From assembly GCA_951406725.2 (NCBI GenBank), contig OX597816.1, forward strand, positions 146,010,001 through 146,074,000: a DNA stretch of 64,000 nt, given 5' to 3'. The notes beneath the pieces were generated by a model, which worked only from the letters and a program-made list of their open reading frames with translations, was not told the DNA's origin and ran no database searches. The translations under genes and the position numbers were made by a program. Positions within the stretch are counted from its first letter, which is position 1. Every line of letters begins with the position of its first letter. This document shows, one piece after another, positions 54,177-64,000 of the stretch. This DNA is from Octopus vulgaris (taxonomy: Eukaryota).

Positions 54177-55129
54177 ATCATTCTCTCATTCCATCTGTCT
54201 GCATGTTTCTCTGTATCTCTCTCTACTCAACATTACGAATCCTAACTTCACAATCGCCGTCTCCGAGGCACTCGCTACCATAATAATCAATGCCGGAGGC
54301 TTGTCCACCATTAACATTAGAGTAAACAGTCAGTTACTTGGGTGTATGTATTCATGTAATTGTATACTTCCGTGATTCTCATTTTGAACGTTCAAATATG
54401 AATGTATGTGTGTGTCTATCTATAGACTTTTCTTTTATATTTGCCAATATAAGGAACAAAACAAATGCAAAAGTGCACAGGCATACATACACAAGAACCT
54501 CTTAATCTTAGTATGAGTATTTACTGAACAAATTAAGAAGATTGAAGTAAGCAGTATCAAATTCATGGAAATATTAATAGAGAAGTCAGAGGATGATACT
54601 CCCAACAGGGAACACGTTTCTGTCTGAAATCGCGTCATGCATTTTCTCTCTTATTGATACTACATCCGTAAAGGTATAATGTATGTATTTTATTATTGTC
54701 ATTCTAAATATATGACAAATAGTATTATGCTAAATATCGATATTTACAGCGTGATAGTAGAACATAATAGTATAACTGCTTAATATAATAACTGTATAAA
54801 GTTACGTATATGCGTGTCTGCATGAGTGAAAATATATAGATACATACATATAGAACAGTGATTGTGTATTATGTTATAGATTTGTCGGAGTTTTATTGCT
54901 TTCTCAAACAAAATTGCACGTCATTCTTAAAGGTCCAACGAAGCTATAATGTGATACGTAAACACTCTACTATGACTGCATTGTATCTTATATCAGAAAA
55001 TGTTGTAAGTTAATGAAAGTCATTACCTTGTTACCTTGTTATTTAAGTAATCTCTTATTACGCTCTATAGTTATGTACTTTACATTGGGTTCTAAACCCA
55101 GTTTATTAATGTCACTATGCTTGAGCAAC

Positions 55130-56388
55130 TTATTAATATACATAGCAGGCTGTGTAAAATGTTTTGAAACACGAATTTCAACGTTTGAAACATGAATTTC
55201 ATCACAATATATTTCACCAATGCGGATATTTTATTCCTCAAAGCAACTACCATCACATTCAACATGTTTGCCAATGAGTTACAAGTTTGTTTATTCTGGT
55301 ACCATAAAAATCTGGAGTTCTGGGGCTGATGAACTCTTTGAACGTACTTTCAGCACCGGTTTGATTTTTGAAGTCCCTCTCACGCAGAAAACCATCAAGG
55401 GGATGGAAAAAGTTTAGTCGGTAAGAGACAGGTCTGGGTAAGAAGCTGGGTGGGAAGAACGTCGCAGCTATGTTCCCTCCACTTCTGGAGCATTATTAGT
55501 AAAACGTGTGATCGAGAATTGTCATGAAGAATGATTGACCCTCTTCTTCTGGGACAGAGGAGTAGCAGTTTTTCGTTCAGTTTGGCAATTTCATAGCAAT
55601 ATGTTTCTGCAGAAGTGGTTTATCCGAGCTGTAAGAATTTATAGTGGATAGGTCCAGCAATACCCCACCAAACAGTTAGCATAACCCTTTTGAAGAGCTC
55701 GGGTTTAGGGAAGGGTTTCTGTGCTTCATGTTGGTCCAACCACTGCGAAGAACATTTTTTTAATTATCGTACATAATCCACTTTTCATGGCAAGTTACAA
55801 TACAGTCAAGAAATGGATGTCTGGCTTTGGACAAAATTTCATATCTACGTATTTTCTGATTTTATTTCAAATCGAGTGGTACCCATTTGTTGAGCAATTT
55901 TGATTTTCCGATCGCATGCATATGGTTGCAGGTAGTTTTCTGGCTAATTTGAAGTTCTTTTGCCAGTGCTCGATTTGTTTTGTGTGGATCTTATTCAATG
56001 TCGGTTTTTTAATTGAACGTCATCGATGACAGATAGGTGTCCATTAAGCTCGCAATATTCAAGGCTCAGGTCGCAACTGCGAAATCGTTTAAACCATTTT
56101 CAAGCTGACCACTCACTGCTCATTTCTCCATTAAACTTTTCATTGATATCGTGAGCAGCTTCAGCTACTTTACACCCATTTTTGAAGTTGAATAGGAAAA
56201 TTGCTCGAATACCCTTTTTGACAGTTCCATTTAAGATGATTTTTAACAACGGTGAAAAAAATATCAATATTGATTTATGGATGCATTTGGGCAAATCTAA
56301 GTCTGTATTATCAGAAAATTGCAAAAATATGTTTTAAAACAATTCTAAATTCTGCAAAAATCCGTTACAGATTCTTCATAGCTGAATA

Positions 56389-56390
<2 letters not shown>
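55130..56390 (-). pseudogene. Mariner transposon remnant
   Basis: IRAIFLFNFKNGCKVAEAAHDINEKF (mariner HTH), KWVPLDL, DNEKWIMYDN (reverse of 55762-55792 approx.), PDLSLTD*TFS. Confidence 0.85.
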
Positions 56391-56451
<61 letters not shown>

Positions 56452-56482
56452 TATATATATATAGTTATAGATATATACATAC

Positions 56483-56547
<65 letters not shown>

Positions 56548-56574
56548 CACACACACATATATATATATCATACG

Positions 56575-56760
56575 GCATGATAGATTGCTAGTCACTACAC
56601 ACATTTTTCTCTCCTTGTTTCTGTCTGTGTTCCTGTCTGTGGAAGAGCGTAGGCTCGAAACGTTAAAGACTTTTTCAATTCCGGAGCGTTATACAAATAT
56701 ATCTGTTTGTTTTCTACACCACCTTCGTCTTTTGTTCATTTGCGAATTCTCCCTATGTAA
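56575..56760 (+). mobile_element. PLE pseudo-LTR-like repeat with a variant hammerhead at 56633-56670
   Basis: CTGTGGA-a-gagc(gtag)gctc-GAAA-cgtt-aaag. Stem II is the same as at 7010-7044; A6 is changed to U. Confidence 0.6.
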
Positions 56761-57910
56761 TGAAAAAATTGTATAAAATGTATAAATATATGATGAGGAA
56801 AGCCCCGGCACAGTTTCAATTACCTGTCATCTGTAGATTTAGTGCAGAAACTTCGTAGTGTCGGTTGGGGTAACAGTATTAATAAAATAGGAAATGTCTA
56901 TAAAAATGTATGCATGCACACACATTATACATAAACATAGACATATACATATACGTACATATAGATATATTGATGTATTCTAGTTATTGGAATATTAGTG
57001 TCAAAGATACGATGATGTGTATTCAAATGTTAATGACTTTGATGTAGAGGTAAAATTTAAACAAGACGTAATACCTTATAGTAAATATGTACTTGGGTGG
57101 TACTAAGAATACTAGCTACCTCGAGGTAAGCGATACCACGTGTGCTGCTATTGACAGTTCTTAGGGATGGTTGGAGATTCGGTAAAAGAGCTGAAAGAAA
57201 GTAGCAATTATCTGTAATAAAGTGATCTAACTACCTTCAGAGCAATAAATGACACAGCGTTTATAGCATACATAAATCTTGAAATCGATAAAAACTTTTT
57301 CGGTTAAATGCCTCCCTTACGGAAGTTTCTAGAAAAAAGTAGACACTAGTGTCAAGCCTAATATTCAGATGTCAAGAATAAAGTGTAATTTGCAGCATTG
57401 CTATAAAGCAATGCTGTTATTAAATACAGAAAATATTGGTCTAGTACTTTCAACGAGTAAGTCTGGATAAGTATTACGCTGTTGCTAAATAAGAAATCTA
57501 TTTTCTATCTGTTAAGGCTTATAGTTTGTTAGCCAATACTTACAGTCACTTTCTTTCTGTTTCTGTTGATTTGTCATCGTTGTTATTGCTTAACCTGAGG
57601 TCACAACTATTTGAGTAGAAGATTCACCTTAAATCTTACATACATAACGACAACATCTTCACTGTTTAAACACGCGCGATCTAATACAATCTTTCACATA
57701 TTTCAGACATTCGGGCGGTATGTTCGAAATATAGTACAGTCACATGATAGTCCCAGTTCTTGTTTGTTCCTTTTCCTATTGCCGCAATTAATGAATAGCA
57801 TCCATATTCTGTCCAGTGCAGGCTTTCTCAAACAATGCTGAAGCAAAACACATTAATTCAAGAGAACTTCATACTTATATATACGCGCAGAAATGGCATA
57901 CTTATATATA

Positions 57911-58294
57911 CGCGCAGAAATAGCATGCTTACCAACCACATGGTTCCGGGTTCAGTCCCACTACGTGGCACCTATGCCAAGTGACTTCTACTATAGCCTC
58001 GGGCCGACCAAAGCCTTGTGAGTGGATTTGGTAGACGGAAACTGAATGAAACCCGTCGTATATATGAGTGTGTGTGTTTGTGTGTGTATGTTTTTATCTC
58101 TGTGTTTGTCTCCCCAACATCGCTTGACGACTAATACTGCTGTGTTTACGCCCCGGTAACTTAGTGGTTCGGAAAAAGAACCGATAAAATGAGTAATAGG
58201 CTTACAAAGAATAAGTCCTGGGGTCGTTTTATTTGACTAAAGGCGGTGCTCCAGCATGATCGCAGTCATATGATTGAAACAAATAAAGAGTAAG

Positions 58295-58295
<1 letters not shown>
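57911..58295 (+). mobile_element. tRNA-SINE B, near full-length
   Basis: Colinear with 46881-47295; preceded by a 28-bp local duplication at 57869/57897. Confidence 0.9.
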
Positions 58296-58333
<38 letters not shown>

Positions 58334-59472
58334 CACACACATATATATATAGACACACGCACAAACACACATATATGAATATACAAACTACGTATATATA
58401 AGTATATATATATATATATATATACATATAAATGAATATACAAAATATGTATATATAATTATATATATATATACATGTACATATGGTTGGCACGCGTATA
58501 TATAATTATTAAATCTACGAAAGTCGTTCATATGTTTGCTCTTAATCCGCCATTCTATCTGTCCTTCTTGCACTTGGTATATTTGTTTCCTCTACTAATT
58601 TCATATTTTCGAGCAAACTTATCATTTATACTGAACTCTTTAGAAAATTGCATTTTGTTTGCTGCTGTCCTTCAGTTTATTTTTGCATGCTTGTACATCA
58701 TTTAAATTTCATGAATATTTTTCGTCACTTCCCACACATCCTATTAATAACGTTTATACTATCATCAACTTATCTTTTCCTCTTCCTTCTTTACACATTT
58801 GGCAGTAACTAAAATACTGTAGAATTCTGCAATTGGCATATGTTCTCGCCTTCTATTTGCGGACTTTCAATTACCTTCTACTTTCGACTTAAAAGCATTT
58901 ACCCTCGCTCTTATGTGCCATCTCGCTTATTTTTGTATTGACATGACTCTAGTAACAAACAATTAAACTTAACTAACAGTACTCGCAAACCCACCCACGC
59001 TGCTCACACTATCTTACTGCATATATATCTCGCCTCCAATCATAAGATTGTGCTACAAAAGCTTTCCATATTATTTCCTCTAAAGGATAATAAATGACAG
59101 GAACGATGTATTTTCATACCTCACCGTATATTTGCTGTCTGCAATTTAACTTCTTTTGCTTTTGTGAAATATGTTTCATAAAGTCTTTCTTAAGTGCCAT
59201 AAAACGTTACTTAATGTACAAAAGAAGAAGAAATTAATAATGAATATATCCTTAAATTCAATATTGTATCCCATCTCAGAATATTTTTTATACATAATAT
59301 AGCATAAAAATTCTAAAATAAAATTAACATAGAAACCACACACATATGACACATATACATATAAACATGTATATATATATTTGTATATGTTTTTTTTTAT
59401 TTATCTAGTTTCAGCTCACAAGCTGTGGCCATGCTGGGGCACCGCCATTTGGCGTTGCTACATGATTTTACT

Positions 59473-59904
59473 TCACGAATGCTTTTTAGCAATTGCCATT
59501 TGGTGCATGAGAGAGTTCGATGCAGCTGCCCACATCTGAACCTCCTGTCGTGAAGTTGGTTCATCTGGGATATCTGACAAGAAGAGATCCAGTTTCATTT
59601 TAAAGACATCTGCATCCACCCCATGCAAGTCTCTTAGGTTCTTTGGGAGGATATTGAAGAGCTGTGGGCTTCGGAAGCCCAGGCTATCACAGTATCTTGT
59701 CCTACATCTTGATGGCAAATTTGGAGTTCTTGGCACTATGCAGTGGCGCCCAGTTCTGGCATTTGTGTAACTCTCGATGCCAAAGTTTGGGACAAGTCCT
59801 TCTAGGATCTTCCAGATGTATATTACGGCATATCTTTCGCGCCTACGCTCTAAGGAATAGAGTCTCAATCTCTTGAGTCTTTCCCAATAGCTTATATGCT
59901 GCAC
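59473..59904 (-). pseudogene. LINE ORF2 C-terminus
   Basis: QHISYWERLKRLRLYSLERRRERYAVIYIWKILEGLVPN…LFNILP…FKMKLDLFL. Confidence 0.88.
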
Positions 59905-59934
59905 AGAGGCTACATTTCATTGGATCTCTTCTTG

Positions 59935-61360
<1,426 letters not shown>

Positions 61361-61398
61361 TGTGTGCACGCATTTCACTGCATATCCCTGCACTAACA

Positions 61399-63232
61399 GA
61401 TATCTCTATATCTATAAACGGCAAATTTTCCGTGTATCTGTGTGTGTGTGTGTGTGTGTCCTTTATATAAATCCACAGCTTTTCACGTAAAAGGCTCGTA
61501 TTTTGTATGGGCTTTCAAAACTGTTTGTGGGCGGTCGTGAGGATCATTTCCTTTCCCCGGTTACCCTAGAAAGCCATTAAAAATCGATAAAACGACGCCT
61601 TATATTTTAGGTAACGAAGCTCTTTAATACAAGGGAAGTAACTCACATAATCTTGCGGTTTAATATAAAGATATTAAACCGTAGCAAAGGAAATAACTCT
61701 TTAAAACTCTGCTTTCCCTCCCTTTGTTATACATCACACCTCAATACTGTACCAGACCAATTTATCCAATTCAGGACCGGAACTATCCCGCATTTTTGGA
61801 TTTTCCAGTTTCCCAGAGAATTTCTAAACGTTTGCTTAAAATCTTTATATCTATATACGACAAAATGTATGTGTACCTGTTTGTCTGTGTGTCCTTTATA
61901 CAAATACACAGTTTTTCACGTAAAAAGCTCACATTTTCTATTGGCTCTCAAAACTTCTGAGGGCAGCCGTGAAGATCTTTTCATTTCCCCAGTCACCCTA
62001 GAAAGCCATAAAAAAATTGATAAACCGACCGCTTATGCCCACAAGTTATGGGCATATTCATTGAAAATCGCTAAAACAGAAATTTGTACGCGGTGCTTGC
62101 GTACTGCTAGATGCACCAATAGACTGCCAGCTGTTTTTTGATTAGACGAAGATAATTTTACCCATGACAGTTGAACGCGCGTGCGCATTTGCAGACAGTC
62201 TGTGTGGCTCAGCGCATTTTTGTGCTTTGCTAAGACGCATTATCATGTGATTTGGCTTTCAAACTTGCACGCTCTTTTGAGTTGTGAAATGCAGGGAATA
62301 ATTAATGAGTTAGAATCTCCAAAGCTAAATTATTCAATGGTCCTTAATCCAATGCAGTCTTCCTCCTCCGAAACAAATCCGCCATGCACATCTCCACAGC
62401 CAATTTCCTCTCCATGTCATTTAGCACCCTTAGGATGGGTTAGTGATAGATCGCGATTACAAGCTTCCTATTAGAGGCTCCCGAGCCCCCTTCCGTAAGG
62501 TGAGTCTAGGTTTTAGTTGAAGGCTTAATTGTGTTCCGAACCTAACCTCCTCCGTTTCAGTGGATTCGGAGTCCAGTTAGCCTTCCGACCAAAAGGCATA
62601 GATATTATTTATATCTTAGTTAATCTTGATGTCTTACGTGCTTCTGTGCGTCATGAACTTATAACTATTGACCTTAGTGCGTTACTTGCTTCAATGCGCT
62701 ATACTCATAAAAGCACGTGGAATGCTCTTTTTTGTGATCTAATTGCTCTGCGTTTTCGCCGGAATCAGCACTTTTCTTCCCACCATTGCTATTCACTCAT
62801 AGGACAAGGGGGTTAGGTGAGGGGGGTGATTTCAAAAGGGCTGGCATGTGCAACTTGATCACCTCCGTCAGTCGAACTCCCAGCCCACGCGTTCCTGTCG
62901 CGACACTGATTGCGCAGAACTGGGTTGGGTGTGAAACCAAAACTCAACAAACGAGATTTATGTGCATTTTCAAAATCATGCTATTTTGCGGCCAAATTCG
63001 AGTCTTTCGCTCTATATTGCCTCTTTTTTTGTCCGACTAATGTCATGTGCACAGACCCGTTAATTTTCCAAGTGTAATAACCGAAATACAATGAATATTA
63101 ATTACTCTCATAAAAAACTCCAACTAGTTCATAAACAACAAAACTGGCCCGGGCTGAAATGTGATAAGAAACTTAGATCTTTATCTAGTGAGAAATAGTT
63201 ATTGCCACCCGGCAACGCACTACAAGCACTAG
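61399..63232 (+). mobile_element. Helitron-like non-autonomous element with a duplicated 5' end
   Basis: tct(c/t)tatatctata + (GT)n-type starts at ~61402 and ~61842, followed by ~190 bp of similar sequence. The 3' end is cccggcaacgc…CTAG. Confidence 0.55.
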
Positions 63233-63399
63233 CAGGACATGGGGAGATTCCTCCCACTTCCTTTCATTATTATTATTATCATTATCACTGATATCACTGA
63301 TATCATTGTTTTCATTTTTTCCTATTTTTCATTGTTATATTAACAGACTCACTGTTTACACAGGCCATGCAGTGTAGGCGGCAGTAATTTCCAGCGCTG

Positions 63400-63790
63400 C
63401 TCACATCGAGTCACATAGAAAATTACACAATTTGATCTGGCCTTCCTCAGAGATGTTAGTTGCAATTTAAAAGAGAGTCCATTGCTCACTTGTAATCTTC
63501 TGCGAACAGGCTCAAGGTATGAAGACTATGATCGTTGCCATCGTCCTTATTTCTGACGCCACGATATGTGGTTGTTGAAGGAAATAGTTGAGGGAAGAGT
63601 AGCAGCTTGGTGAATAGATCAAATTCTACAGGTCTATGAATTATTGGGTAGATGGTGAGGTTGTCAGCAATAGAAGACCCAGGAATCTTCGCACCCCTTG
63701 GGTCAGCAGAGGTCAAATGTGTTTACTACTACCAGCGACCAATAAGAGCGCTGAGTTTGGCCTTGAAAAGAAGCAATTCACCCTGTTTTG
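63400..63790 (-). pseudogene. Highly degraded LINE RT remnant
   Basis: IYPIIHRPV (NYRPI-like) and LSLFAEDYK (LFADD-like) in ORF 63486-63716. Confidence 0.3.
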
Positions 63791-63830
63791 TTTGTAATTA
63801 CTGGTAGAAAAACCAATTATATATATATAC

Positions 63831-63872
<42 letters not shown>

Positions 63873-63878
<6 letters not shown>

Positions 63879-63892
63879 CGACGAGGATAATA

Positions 63893-63934
<42 letters not shown>

Positions 63935-63957
63935 TACTACTATCCTCGTCGTTGAAT
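63873..63957. repeat. Hairpin with 23-bp unique arms around a (TA)n core
   Basis: attcaacgacgaggataatagta … tactactatcctcgtcgttgaat, one mismatch. Confidence 0.9.
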
Positions 63958-64000
63958 TGTTGAATTTCTGAATTGTGCCGTTGCAATATAAGGTATGTTT

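Overview
AT-rich, microsatellite-dense eukaryotic DNA. The SINE families and (AAT)n/(TA)n load resemble octopus genomes; this is from memory, not a search. No host gene can be called with confidence, and almost everything recognisable is a transposable element. Main contents: (1) a near full-length R4/Dong-type RLE non-LTR retrotransposon (13.7-17.7 kb) inside a chain of at least six same-orientation (AAT)n-associated insertions; (2) a young two-ORF CR1-group LINE (39.4-43.8 kb) plus a ~98% identical 3' fragment at 1.9-2.4 kb; (3) a second, truncated CR1-like LINE (59.4-61.2 kb) whose 3' stem-loop is shared with a common SINE family; (4) a Penelope-like (PLE) insertion (5.0-6.5 kb) with inverted pseudo-LTRs, each built as tRNA-like head + (AAT)n + hammerhead ribozyme, and a 13-bp TSD; (5) further hammerhead-like motifs and foldback palindromes; (6) two mariner remnants, a piggyBac remnant, Helitron/HINE-like elements, MITEs and many tRNA-SINEs. 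Best leads are the tRNA-head/hammerhead PLE module, a candidate recoding junction between LINE ORF1 and an AUG-less ORF2, the covarying LINE-SINE tail, and the possibly intact R4 element. All alignments were done by eye and boundaries are approximate.
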